Shown one piece after another: positions 27,531 through 41,095 of a DNA stretch of 64,000 bases. Made by a program: the position numbers and the translations under genes. Below the pieces are notes generated by a model, which made no database searches, had not been told where the DNA came from, and saw only the letters and a program-made list of their open reading frames with translations. The first letter of the stretch is position 1, and every line of letters begins with the position of its first letter. The stretch comes from Octopus vulgaris (lineage: Eukaryota): the NCBI GenBank assembly GCA_951406725.2, contig OX597814.1, positions 146,258,001 to 146,322,000 on the forward strand, in the 5' to 3' direction.

Positions 27531-30500
27531 GGAATCAGATCCATCGCAGCTGTGGTTTCGTGTGTAAAGTGACAGCTAAAATAGTTTCTTGCTGGTTATA
27601 TACTAACATACAGGAGCTACAGTGGAAACTTGAAGGGGAAGTAGAGTGATTTGACCACCACTGCCGGACAATCCAGGAAAGGGTGTTAGGTTCAGTTTAG
27701 GAAGTCACGATAATCGTTGAACATCGGTTGATTACATCGATTCCGTCTGATCAAGATTATTTTTATGAAAAGCAAAGATAAAAGAAATATATTTAGTTGT
27801 AACCAATCTCTCCCTTCAGCTCTCAGGAATATGTAAGTAAATTATTTTCAATAAAATGCAATATATTGCACTCAATTAGTACGTTATAGTGGAGTAGAGA
27901 TCTGTGGTAATCAAAGCTGATGAAATAATATTTAACAAAATACTCTTAACGCTGTACGTGTGTGAAAGATAGAGAGGGGCGAGAGGGAGAGAGAGAGCAG
28001 TTACTCTTTTCAGTTAGTACTGTCATTTTGCTGGAAGCAATGAAATTCTGTGTCGACCTGTGCGGGATTTAATCTCAATGAACAACGAAAGCTAAATAGC
28101 ACAAAGTCTTTTTGTCCAACACTGTAGTGCTTCTGCCAATTCACCAGTCTCCCGTTGAAAAATATTCATTACCTAAAAGAGACGAGACCAATAAAGAGGA
28201 TGCAGGAGAAAAATAAGAAATATAGCGATACACCATATCTAGTAATGATTATTATACTCAATGTATGAGCGATTCTCCCAGTTAACCATACCTCAGTGGA
28301 GCTATAATATAACAAACAAGGAAAGCAATGTAGATGATGGTGAATAAAATTGAGAACTATCGTTACACACCATTTCTAATAATAGTAATTATGATATTAA
28401 CAGTAATAAATTATAGTGATAAATTACATAAATATTATCATTTGTTTATCTAGTTAACCAGCTTCATTATTGGTTCAATACATTTACCGCTAGTACTATC
28501 TTAATCAGGAATATTCGAACAGATCTCGCCGAAGTTTTAGTATTACAAATACAGAATATTATTTAGAGTTACTGTGATATATGCTAATAATAAATTAGCT
28601 TCAGTATTTTAAAAATAGAACAAATATTTTCTTTCTTCATCTTGTATATTTTCATATGTAATGTGATATAAAACAATAAAAATATATATCGGATAATCTA
28701 CGGGAAAAACAATGCAAGATAGAAAGACATTCCCTACTACAACACCCATTACCAAAGTGAAAACAGTAAGGCAGCAGGAAGTCATACTTTTCTTTCATTG
28801 CAAGTTGTTCAGTAAGGAAGTATCACAGGTCACTCAGTGGGGAGTGAAGTCAGATATATTTCAAATAACTGACACGGTTAGAAAATTTGTAGTCTTACTT
28901 TTAAAGGCCAAAAGTCTCAGCAGAAATACCAAACGAAATCACGCTGTGCCATATGTCAAAACATCAGAAGAGTATTTCGATAGTAAAAATTCTTGAAATA
29001 TCAATAACCTAGAGATTCAGGAATTTTTGAAGCAAACAATCTTGCGTACAAAGAACATCATTAACTGACATAAACAAAGGAATTCACAAAATGTAAGGCG
29101 AGTGCGTAATCAAGTGCAATATTTGAATACTGTTATCAAAGGATCTTATAACTGAAAAATTGACGTGTGTTATTGTAGGAGTAAAAATACCAAGGGGCGC
29201 CTTTTGTAAGAACAACAGTCCCTACAGCAATGATATTTCATATGGTGTACCAATAATATTTATAAAGGATATACCAGTCCTGAGGACAAAAATTGGAATA
29301 ATTCCAATGAAGAAAGACAAAAAATAAATGAAGCGCTAAAACAGAATGTTGTATAGCGTTGAAATTTTTTTACAATATCTATCATAGCTATATCTGTATT
29401 ACAAGAAACACGTTAGAAATCCAAAGTGTTTCATTTGGGTTTAATTAACATTAGTAATATTTGGGATGTTAAATTATATTAGTGAAAATCATTACATATA
29501 TGCTGCACATTAAAATTAATACATTCTTGCCTTTAGTGTATATCTGGTAAATGTACTTACTTCTCATTTTGTTGTCCAACGAAACAGGGAATAAAAAGCT
29601 CAAATTTGAGGCTTACATGAACATACATTGTTACCACATTCCGTGCGGACCAAAAACATTCTTTCGTTAAGTAGATTAGATATATACGTAGAGGCATGAA
29701 TAAACTTATACCAACATAGATATATAGAGACATACGTACGCACATGCATATTTATATATACATGTAGTTATGTGTATATATAAATATATAAAGAATATAT
29801 ATTTATTTATACGTCTATATGCATACACATACATATATAAATGCATATATAGATATATGTGTGTGTGTGTGTGTGTATAAAACAAATGGTAGAGAATGAC
29901 AATTTAATGTATAGGAAGCTTTATTGCTCACAGCGAACGTTTCGCCATATCCTTCGGCGCAGAAGCGTCACGCCAGTTGATGCAACAAGAAGCGTTTTGT
30001 TAAATGAACTCTGCTTCGTTGGCGAAACGACCGATACGATCATTGTGAGCAATAAATTTTGCCGCGTATTCCATTTACCGTCTCTATCATTTGATTTACC
30101 TCCCATCGTGTTGTGAGGAATTCCTGAGATAGATCCGGCGGCAAGTGTGTAATTTCCACGGATGGCGTTTGCCAGCGAACGTGCTTTATCGGGGTACATC
30201 TAGAAACACACCCAACATTTAATATATATATATATATTCAAACTTACTGTTCACCAAAGTCGGGATGCGTGGCGTTCAGTTACTCAATAAATGAAACATG
30301 CATGAACTACTACAAAACTTACACGTAGAACAGACACACAAAGACCCTAATTCTTGATCAGTTATCGACCAAAATACTAATACTCTGTTACATACCTTAA
30401 ACGATAAAACTGAGAATTCGTATATTAGCGGTATCCGGAAAATTTACGGTGAATTAGGACTCGAACAAACAAAAGATACAAGGTGAACGTACGAAAGAAA

Positions 30501-30942
30501 ACAAATATAATTAAAAGCGATAGACGAAGACGGAATACGGACTTTCGGCCAAACACTTGACTGGGTGTAACGCCTATATATGTGTGAGTGTGTATATATA
30601 TATACATACATATATATAGTTATATATATATATATGTATAGTGTAAACAGAGTTAGCGGTTATGATAACCGACTAAGGGATAAAATAACCGTGTATACTA
30701 TTGGTATCCGTTTTCCGTTATCCAACTTATTAATGTGGTCCAATCGAAGTGTTTGTTAATCTGAGGCTTTCTCCATTTTCTGATTATTTGTAAATATATA
30801 TATATATATATAAAGCGGGTCCACAAAAGTGAGATATTAATGTATATATATATATATATGCATAACTGTATATGTTTGCAAACTAATACACCTAATTGTT
30901 GTTTATACACCAGTCTTCGACTTTTGTTTTACTGTAAATTTC

Positions 30943-30981
<39 letters not shown>

Positions 30982-31521
30982 CAGTAATATCTCACTTTAT
31001 GTGGACCCGCTTTATGAGACTCCGGGTTTACGAAATTTAGTTTTCAAGTCCCCAATTTTGCACGAAGTGCAAAGGTTTGTAGTACCATAGCAAATGCTCC
31101 TACCTGTTACCGAGAAATTTATAGACAATGAAGAAAAGCTCCTAAGCAACCAAATCTAGACTTCATTTGTAAAAAGAAATCTACAAGTCAGTCTACATGT
31201 GCTTGTGAATCGGTGATTGCGTCTTCAACTGATGGTGTGCGGGTGTCTAGAGCTAGTGAAAGCGCTTATGATAATATTTATTATTATAAATGATCTTGAC
31301 ATTATTCTTACCTTACAAAAATATTCTTTACATTCTACTTTTGTTTGATTGCCATTTATTTGCTAGTGATGTAAATTTTATTGGTAAAATAGTTTTTTTC
31401 TGGGAACGAATTACGATTTATAAATTGCAGCTACGGGAAATTGTTACTCTACTTCACGGTTTTCCGCTTTACGAGCGGCCTCCGTGAACAAATTAACTCA
31501 TATATCGAGGCGTGACTCTTC

Positions 31522-31524
31522 CCC

Positions 31525-31618
<94 letters not shown>

Positions 31619-31627
31619 ATATATATA
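31522..31627. repeat. (CT)n/(TCTA)n microsatellite
   Basis: Direct reading. Confidence 0.9.
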
Positions 31628-33432
31628 TTGTTTGTTATATATTTTCAGAAAATATTCACATTCTCTATTGTAATCAGAAAAATCTCTTTTCCCGAAATAT
31701 TTTCTTCATTGGAGCACCATTAATTAGCAAGTTCTTTAAACCTGCGGCTAACTTTGTATGAAATCTCTTGCATCTAATTTATCACCTTATTTCATAATCT
31801 GCTCACTTCTACAAAAATATATATTGTTTGTGTGATATCATTTGAATTGTCAAACATATGTATTAATGCTTTGATACATACGTACACTCAGGCACACACA
31901 CATATATATCTACTACACCTCGTCCGTGTAAATCGCGCCGGTTCTGCTTTTAAACAGTTTCACTCTACAAATTTATCTTCATAATAGCCAACTCTAAGAC
32001 CTACTATAAATTGCATCTATGTCTCCATGGAATCATATATATTTATATGCAGAATAGTCTAGTAGTGGAGGCAATGTTCCTTAAAAAATATATAGCAAAT
32101 TCACGTTAATGCATTTCGTCATAAGGCTGCTGCATTATGGGCGTCCTGCAGCTAAAGAAATCTCATTATAACACCGAGAACATTTTAATTCAATAAACTA
32201 AATGAACCTAACTGGCGCCATGATTTTAATTTTCTGTTTCATTTAAGAAATTCAGTATATAATGCAGTTGTAATTACTTAAACTTATCCAGGATCTGTCA
32301 TTGAGGATTATGTCTTGGCAATGCACAGAGACGCCATTTGCATTATTTTGTTTTGCACTGCCATATAATAGATATTAAAGAACATATCATATATATTCGT
32401 ATACTACAAAACTAAATATATATTCCATCCATTAATGTTCTTAGTTCGAAGACAACACAAATATGAAAAGTGATCTCAAATTTAACCACTTTCGTATATT
32501 ATTAGTTTTAAATCATTTACTCGCAACAGTGTAATGAAATACTAATTGATCATTGAAAATACTGAAATTCAAGTTGGGATGTAAAAATCGAAAACGAGTT
32601 AGAAAACGCCGCTTAATTGTCTCATATATTTTCATTTCTTAATTTCTTTGGAGATAGATATACTTAAAAAATGATATGATTCACAGTTTGATATTTTAGT
32701 ATAGAATGAATTTCTACTGGCGCCAGTTAAAGCAATATATCAAATGTAGGAAACCAAAACTAAGAAATAGAGACGAAACGTGTGTGTATATATGCTTCTG
32801 TGTGTGTGTGTGTGTGTTCGTTTCTGAGCAGAAGCGAATAAAGAAATATATTGCCACACGAAAATATTGAGGAAAATTAAAGATGTCAAGATTAAGATCA
32901 AATTAAAATTTTAATTAAAGTATGTCCTATTAAAAAAAAAGAACGGTATAATTTTAACTGGAAACGGAAATTCGTAAATGTGAAAATAATATTATTCGGT
33001 AATTCAGCTAAAATACGTAGAATATGGCAAACTATTAGACAACATCTGAGACTAGTTTAGAGGGCTTCGATGACTTTCTTATTTCTTTCAAAAACATGTT
33101 CCCGTATACTTACTACTATACATAACGGTATCTAATTAAACAAAAACTTCAAGAAGCATTCGTATTAGTTGGTTAAAGTCAAACGTCGCTAAACTCAAAA
33201 TATTTCTAGTAAAGAAAACTGCTACAGCCATATTTCAGAAAAGGAACGAAGTTTTTCCAGGCATTCAAAATTAATAGGAAATGAATATAAGAGAAATGCG
33301 GTCTCATTTGTTAGCGCATTTGCAATATTTAAAAGAGAAACATTTGAGCTGTGATGGGATGTAATAGCAAAGAATGCATAAGAAGCTGAGTTTCATATCC
33401 TGCCAATATTCCTTCCTGCTAAATGCACAAAC

Positions 33433-33733
33433 AGGAGGTGCAATGGGCCAGTAGTTAGTGCAGCGGACTCGTAGTCGGAGGATCGCGCTTTCGATTCCCA
33501 GTTCGGACGTTGTGTGTGTTTATTGAGTGAAAACACATAACGCTCCAAGAGGCTCCGGCAGGAGGTGGTGGCAACCCCTGTTGTAGGTTTTCGCCACAAC
33601 TTTCTCTCACTCTATCTTCCTGTTTCTTGAGTCACGCTGCGCTGGACTGGCGTCCCGTCCAGCTGGAAGAAACATACGCCACAGAAACTGGGAAATCGGG
33701 CCCACGAGCCTGGCTAGGCTTGAAAATGGTGCA
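33433..33733 (+). mobile_element. tRNA-derived SINE family B
   Basis: Colinear with 3206-3505. Confidence 0.85.
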
Positions 33734-33794
33734 TAAATATATAAATAAAAAGGCACAACGCCTGGAATTTTGCGGAGAATGGGATATATCAAAT

Positions 33795-33956
33795 ATATCG
33801 ACCGCAGTACTCGACTGCTACTTATTTTATCGACCCCAAAATGATGAAAGCCAAAGTCAACCCTGACCGCATTTGAACATTGAACTTAAAAAAAAAGAAC
33901 GAAATGCCGCTAAGTATTTTGCCAGGAACGCTAACCATTCTGCCAGCTTGTCGTCC
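33795..33956 (-). mobile_element. SINE family C, diverged
   Basis: tcgaccccaaaatgatgaaagccaaagtc...gctaaccattctgccagct. Confidence 0.75.
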
Positions 33957-33985
33957 TATTTCCTGTTAATATTATCATGATTATT

Positions 33986-34186
33986 AAGACAGTGAGCTAT
34001 CAGAATTGTTTGAACTCAGAACATAGAGACGTCCGTCTTTATGTTCTGAGTTCAAATTTCGCTGACTTTCAACTTTTCTTTCATTCTTTAGGGATCGAAG
34101 TAATAAGTACCAGTTGAAAACTGGAGTCAATATGATCGACTTACCTCTCCTTCGAAATTGCTGGCCTTGTGCCAAAATTTGACACC
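33986..34186 (+). mobile_element. SINE family C with 18-bp target-site duplication
   Basis: gttctgagttcaaatt B box; flanks aatattatcatga(t/a)tatt at 33968-33985 and 34187-34204. Confidence 0.8.
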
Positions 34187-36269
34187 AATATTATCATGAA
34201 TATTATTCTATTCAAATAGAAAAGATATATAGCGATGCTTAACCTTATGGTGGAATGCAGAATGTTTCTCTTCAAGTTGTTTGCTGAGAATAGAGTAACC
34301 CTGAATTTCTGGTTCGTATGGGTGGTCATCAAGAATTAAGAGTTGCTGCGGGGTCCACGAACGATCTGAAGTAAGCCTTCCACTTTATTTTGTATCACAT
34401 GATAAATTTATGTTTTCTGCAATTGCTAAGATAGTTGAGTCATCATACGGCACACGAAGGCAGACTGCACTGCCACTATACCTCTTACTTCTTCTTTTCT
34501 TTTACCTACCAACGTTACTGTTTCTTTTAATGTATTTGGACGGCTGATATGCGGAGAAAATAATTGAAATGATTAATTTTTAACAGAAATATATGCCATC
34601 TGTGTGTAGTGTAGTCGATCAGTTATTTCACAGAAAACGATATATTCGTGATTGGTATCGTGTCTGCTTTCCTTTTTGTCCTCAGAATTGTGATCTCTCT
34701 TTCTTGATGGCTATCATATTTACTCTTTCTATCTCTCTCTATATATACATATTTGCGTGTCTACATATGTATTTATGCGACTTTTCATTCGAGTTTGTCG
34801 CTCAAGTTTGATTTATTTGGAAAACACGTTCACATGGAATTCATTGACAATTTTCCTCAAAAGAATGAATATCATCTTTTCACCTTGTGTGGAAGGGTTA
34901 ACAACATTTTTAAAACGAATTGTTAAGACGAACGTCACTGTGAAATATAAGTTACTCTCCACCAAGCCCAGGAGAACTTGTTGCACAAACCTAAACGCTT
35001 ACACTACGCAGACCTCCGGCTACAATCTACTTTCTGTCTGAATTCGCTCCGCATATCTGCTCAGCACGCATAACATACAAAGAAAGAAACCGATCAATTG
35101 CCTTACTTTTTGACGTGAGGTCACTTTCTCCTGACGTCTCCCTTTTCTTCACCACAGCTTGTCATCCTATTTCAATATGTAATACGTACTAAAGATCCTA
35201 AATTAACAATATTAACTAAAACATACGCTGTCTTTGTCTAAGAATAAATAGCATAGCCAAATGTAATACAATGCATTAAAATTTAATGCTTGAATTATTG
35301 TGAAAATATTCCTGCCTTAGAATTTAATGTGATATGGTATGCTGAGAACTGTGACTACATCACACTATAATCCCACTGAACTTAAGGTATCGTCTTACTC
35401 TATATTTCACTACATTATTATAACTTAAGATGGCATTGTCAAAATATTCAAATTTATGTATATGTTTAGGCAATGCATTAAATTAATGCAGGCAATAGTT
35501 TTCATAAATAATTCTCCAATGAGATTATTATTGGAATCTCTTTCTTGTAGATGAATTGCAGCTGCCTATATCCCTGCAAATTAAATCTTGAGTTTGCCTG
35601 AAGTTCAAAGAGCATTTCATGCAACACTCTGTGGCTAGATTCGTTCAATTGAAATCTGTTATGGGATTTGAAGTGATTTTAAACTCTCTTTGTAGATTTC
35701 AACGAAATTATATCACGTTTCATTGAAGAGTCCTTCAAATATTTTCAAGCATAAGATTTTGAAGAAACATATTTATGTTCTCTATTGTTATATATCGCTA
35801 GAAGACATATTTTTGAGACATAAAATATTCACATTGTATCATCTGTTACAGAAATTACTTTATATTTCCCTGTTGGGAAATTTTAAGATCTTTTGTTAAC
35901 ATTTTGAAGAATAAGCATTTGCATTCTATTTCCTGTATTTCATTTTAGCTTTAACCTAGCAGCAATATTCTGCGTGGAAATATATATGTGTCACAAGTAA
36001 TTACTTTTCTAATTCCAAAGCTATTCTATCCGTATATACTGATAAAGTTTGCTTTAACATTAATATATTTCACACGACTGACTATTTTATAATCAATTAA
36101 TAATTGAATTCAGAAATACCTACATATACATGCACGGATACAGAACACCCACCCATACCATCGCAAAGTATTACAGACACACACATGCACACACCCACGC
36201 ATGCATACATATATACATGCACATACACGCATATGTGACTGCGTTTGTATCGTTTGCGATTTTCTTTCT

Positions 36270-36430
36270 CCGTCTTCCCTTCCTTGGATCTTTACTTTTT
36301 CTATGTTTCCGCTCGAAATGTTAAATCCTCCTTCTTTCTTTCCTTTCCTGAGCCTCCAATAACACCATACATATTCCACGTCCTCGCGTTGTTGTGTTTT
36401 CTCTTTGTGTTTTCATGTTTGGATTAACTA
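36270..36430 (+). mobile_element. Copy of the 23.5-kb HHR repeat with the ribozyme core deleted
   Basis: tgtttcc^gctcgaaatgttaaa lacks gacgaagagctcc; ends ggattaactatata. Confidence 0.75.
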
Positions 36431-36577
36431 TATATATACTTACGTACGCTGCTATATGCATATATAAATAGAAAAGATGCAGTAAGAACATAACAGACGA
36501 GACTAAAAGCTTACGAACAGATTGACGATACAAATACGGACAAGAAAAACAAGGATAGATCATTAGTAGCCTTCTAT

Positions 36578-37042
36578 TCATCAGTCAAGTTTCCAAATTA
36601 TCATTTCAGTTTCGGCCTGTTACACTTGAGACTGTTCAAAATTGGCTGACACCAAAAATTTAATCTAAGAGCATTGTTCGGCCAAGCATGCCCTTACTTT
36701 CTTAGCGCGCCCGCCATCCGTACAGCTCCTTTTATTTTCTTGTCTCCTGACTCTCATTTGTGTTCGTGCCTCACAGCTTTCACTCCACACACCAGTTTAA
36801 CTTGATTCGTCCTTATTAGTCGAAAGACATCAGCTGTTATTCTTTTGTTCTTTGTATTTGTAATTGTGCAATATTTTCTCCGTCTTCTCGTTTTTTATTT
36901 ACCTGTGTTGTCGTACACACTCGCTTGCTTTCTTCCGAAAATTTAATGCTCTTAGCTTAGATCTTTGGGGCCAGCCAATCTTGAACAGACTCAAGTATAA
37001 GAGGCCGAAATTGTAATGATAATTTGAAAACATGACTGATGA
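36578..37042. repeat. Imperfect 98-bp inverted repeat (36578-36675 / 36945-37042) around a 270-bp spacer
   Basis: tcatcagtca...tttcggcct...cttgag.ctgttcaa.attggctg...ctaagagcatt is the reverse complement of the right arm. Confidence 0.8.
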
Positions 37043-37054
37043 TATCTATCGATA

Positions 37055-37205
37055 TCTGTTGCAAAGCCGCTAAGTTACAGGAACGTAAAACACCAATGCC
37101 ATTTGTCAAGCGATACTTGTGGGGACAAACATAGACTGAAATACGCACACACATAGATACACACAGACACACACATATATATATACATGTATATATATAT
37201 GTATA

Positions 37206-37270
<65 letters not shown>

Positions 37271-37301
37271 GTATATATATATATATATGTATATATATGT
37301 G

Positions 37302-37336
<35 letters not shown>

Positions 37337-37476
37337 GGGATTCTCTCAGTTTCCTTCTACCAAATCACTTAGTAGTTAGTAGGCTTTAATCGGCCCGAGA
37401 AGACACCCGGCCAAGGTGCCACGCTGAGGAACTGAACACAGAAGCATGTGGTTTGGGAAGCAAGCTTCTTACCACA
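37055..37476 (-). mobile_element. SINE family A, diverged, with expanded (TA)n centre
   Basis: Family landmarks on the minus strand. Confidence 0.75.
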
Positions 37477-37964
37477 CAACAACATACATACCTTTGTATA
37501 TGTATATACCTATATGTTACTCACACAAACAGACACACAGATACACACATACTCATAGACTCACGCATACACAACCATGTATTTGATACAAGTAAGATGA
37601 AGGAATTTAGTGAATCCTCATTATTCGTTATTCTCGCATCGATACGACTCGGTTTCTAGTGCAATTGTGCGTCAATGATTGCACGTGAAAGGTTGCGCAA
37701 TATTGATTATATTGGAGTGACACTTCATCGGACCAGCAAGAAGATGTGAGCTCTTATATTGCGTGATCAATAAGAATAAAATTTTACTTATATGGGAAAG
37801 AAGCATGTCATGAAGTGTAAAATAGGACTAAGGAAAATGAAAAAAAAAAAAAAAGATAAAAGCATGTTAATGATATTTGCAGCGAAAGCATAAGGGAAGG
37901 GAATGATGATCAGGATGATGTGGATGTTGCCGACGGATGACGTCGAACTACGAGTAAGACGATT

Positions 37965-38092
37965 ACGACAATGAAGACAGCGACTACGGCAACGATGATT
38001 ACGACGACGATGACGATGACGACGATGATGATGATGGTGGTGGTGGTGGTGGTGGTGGTGGTAGTGGTGGTGGTGGGTGGTGGTGGTGGTGG

Positions 38093-38151
<59 letters not shown>

Positions 38152-38461
38152 GTGAAAATGGAGTAGAAGTGGAGGAGAGCAGGAAAATTGAGATTGAGGA
38201 GGAGGGGAAGAAGAAGAGGAGGAGAAGGAGAAGAGAAGGAGAAGAAGAAGAAGAAGAAGAAGAAGAAGCGGAGGAGAAGAAGAGGAGGTGGAGAATAAGA
38301 GGAGAAGAAGAAGAAGAAGAAGCGGAGGAGAAGAAGAGGAGGTGGAGAATAAGAGGAGAAGAAGAAGAAGAAGAGGAGGAGGGGGAGAAGAAGAGGAGTG
38401 GTAGAAGAAGAGGAGGTAGAAAAGAGCCGGGGGAGGAGGATAAGGAGGAGGAGAAGTTGAA

Positions 38462-38496
<35 letters not shown>

Positions 38497-38612
38497 AAAG
38501 AAGAAGAAGAAGAAGAAAAGAAGAAGAAGAAGAAAAGAAGAAGAAGAAAAGAAGAAGAGGAAGAAGTAGAAGAAGAAGAAAAGAAGAAGAAGAGAAGCAG
38601 GAGGAAGTGGTT
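37965..38612. repeat. Compound trinucleotide tract (GAC/GAT/GGT/GAG/GAA)n
   Basis: Direct reading; 38195-38607 is almost purely purine on the + strand. Confidence 0.95.
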
Positions 38613-39142
38613 GTAGGTTTGAAAATAATTCAACTCATACGTTTAAATGTACGTCTAAACATGTTTGCATGCATACCTATGTGTGTGCGTTGGGGTAAGT
38701 TAGGGTGTCTTGTTTGGCGTATATAAAAACAAACGTATATACCTTTATCGTATTGTCATATTCCTTACAATGTAGTAACGAACACTCTAAATTACGAACA
38801 TCGTCGCGAGTCGATAAAAAAATAACCAATTCAAGATGGAGAATTGACGGAACTATCAGACGTTTGCACACAAGCTGCGACACTTGTTTTAATATTTATT
38901 GCTTTCCGGTGTCTAAATCATGCCTTGAAAGAAATGTGTTGCAGACGTAACCCGTCACCTGATTCAACAATACTATCCAGTCGTTTGGCTAACTCTAATT
39001 GTTCGAGAACTTCTGTCTTAGATGTTTGTGCATAATAAGTCTGAATGTCAGTAGCCCTATGAGGGACCATAGGCACTGCCTTTCCTCAGGATATGAAAGA
39101 TAAGCTCGCACCCACACACTCATAGTTCCTCCACATATATAT

Positions 39143-39371
39143 TTCTTTACTACCCACAAGGGGCTAAACACGGAGAGGACAAACAAGGACAGACAAACGG
39201 ATTAAGTCGGTTACATCGACCCCAGTGCGTAACTGATACTTAATTAATCGACCCCGAAAGGATGAAAGGCAAAGTCGACCTCGGCGGAATTTGAACTCAG
39301 AACGTAACGACAGACGAAATACCGCTAAATATTTCGCCCGGCGCGCTAACGTTTCTGCCAGCTCGCCGCCT
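39143..39371 (-). mobile_element. SINE family C, near full length
   Basis: GGCGGCGAGCTGGCAGAAACG head, GAGTTCAAATTCC B box, CCTTTCATCCTTTCGGGGTCGAT core. Confidence 0.9.
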
Positions 39372-39407
39372 TGTTCCTCCACATATATGTATATTGTATC
39401 CCTGTAC

Positions 39408-39477
<70 letters not shown>

Positions 39478-39619
39478 GGTGTTTGGGCTAAGTTTATTGA
39501 TTTTTCTATGTCGCATTTTCAGGAAAAGCCTTGTAGAACATAAGGATTATTCACGTTCTAGTTCAGAAAAATGCGGACGTTATGACTGCTGCTCATTTCT
39601 CTGTTAACACAAAGACGTC

Positions 39620-40110
39620 AGATGCACATTATGTAAAACAAGTTCCCCCAAACTGTTGTGGTTTCTGTGTATGTGTGTCGAGTGAGGGTAACATCATGCC
39701 GCCCCACAACTTGAATACAGCATTAGGCTTTGTAATGCTATCTGGAGACTGTTGTCAAATCTTGGCTGGAGAGGGTTGCTGTTGGAAGTAATGTGTGGTT
39801 TCAGGATTTGGCTCCTTTCTACACTCGCGGAAAGAGTGAGAAGTAGTTGTCGGAGAATTTCTACGATTTAATCCACTCCGATTTATGTCCTAACTCCCCT
39901 GATTTTAACCTTATGGTTAAACCAATGTGCTGAAGGTATGGTTGAGAAAGACATCAACGGTTTTGCCTGTAACCCAAAGGCCGCGCTGATAGCCAAGAGC
40001 AAGGAGGAGTTCAAATATCTTCCCAAAAAGATAGCGAAGAAAGCATGCGCAGGTTTAGAAGCCGTGTTGAGACTGTAGTAGGAGCAGATAACGTCTTCTT
40101 TCCTAACCGT
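39620..40110 (+). pseudogene. Decayed Tc1/mariner-superfamily transposase C-terminal fragment
   Basis: CPNSPDFNLM at about 39885 (WPPNSPDLNP equivalent), followed by VEKDIN. Confidence 0.55.
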
Positions 40111-40273
40111 AATCTAGATGATATTTTTTTGATTTTTAAAAATACTTATAGTCTTCATTAGGATATTGTGCTTACTTTTCCTTTAAAGTAAAATAATTGA
40201 ACCTAAACACCCTGCATACACATATACACATGCATACATACATAAAACAAACATACATATATGTATGTATATG

Positions 40274-40378
<105 letters not shown>

Positions 40379-41021
40379 ATGTATGCTAGTATGTAATGTA
40401 TGTATGTATAAGTGTGTGTTATAATTGCTGGTACTTTGTGTTTTTCCTCTCACCTTTAAGTAGGAAGTATGAGTAAAAGAATTTTGTATGAAATTGATTT
40501 CAGGTCTCCCTACCTATTTCGTGACGTGCCAAAATATGGGAGTGTCAGACAGCAAATTCTTTTTCAATTGTATTCTGTTCTTCGGTCAGATTGCAGATGA
40601 GAAACACAAAAAAGTTCTCAAAATACAAATGGCATATGAAACTAAGAGTTACTAATTTTCATATTAAATGAGTCGTTCGTTATCGACAAAGAAAACGTAC
40701 AGATGTTGTAAGTTACATACCGTAAAAACTGAAGAGAAAATTCACTTCGAAGCTAAAAGCATGTGGAGGTCTCAGATGTTTACAAAGTGTTTACAATATC
40801 GGAAATTCAAGTCCAGCTGTTCAGTCAAAGGAATTTACATTAACGCTAAATGAAGCTACCAGGAACACGAAATTTAATTGGAAACTGAATCATGTCTGCC
40901 ATGTATTGCTTAATATTGTGTCGTCTGATATTTATTCGCGTATGAAAAATAAAGTAACGTAATTTCAAATTCTCCAAATGTGCATCTAATACGCGCGCGC
41001 GTATACACATACAAAAACGCA

Positions 41022-41095
<74 letters not shown>

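Noticed and set aside
28712-29360. Coding-like A-rich stretch
   Set aside because: No recognisable motif; stops in all frames.
29960-30040. Possible hammerhead (long stem before GAAAC)
   Set aside because: No CUGANGA-like core in register and no stem I found.
37788-38726. 281-aa and 251-aa low-complexity ORFs
   Set aside because: Trinucleotide repeat translations with no domain or splice evidence.
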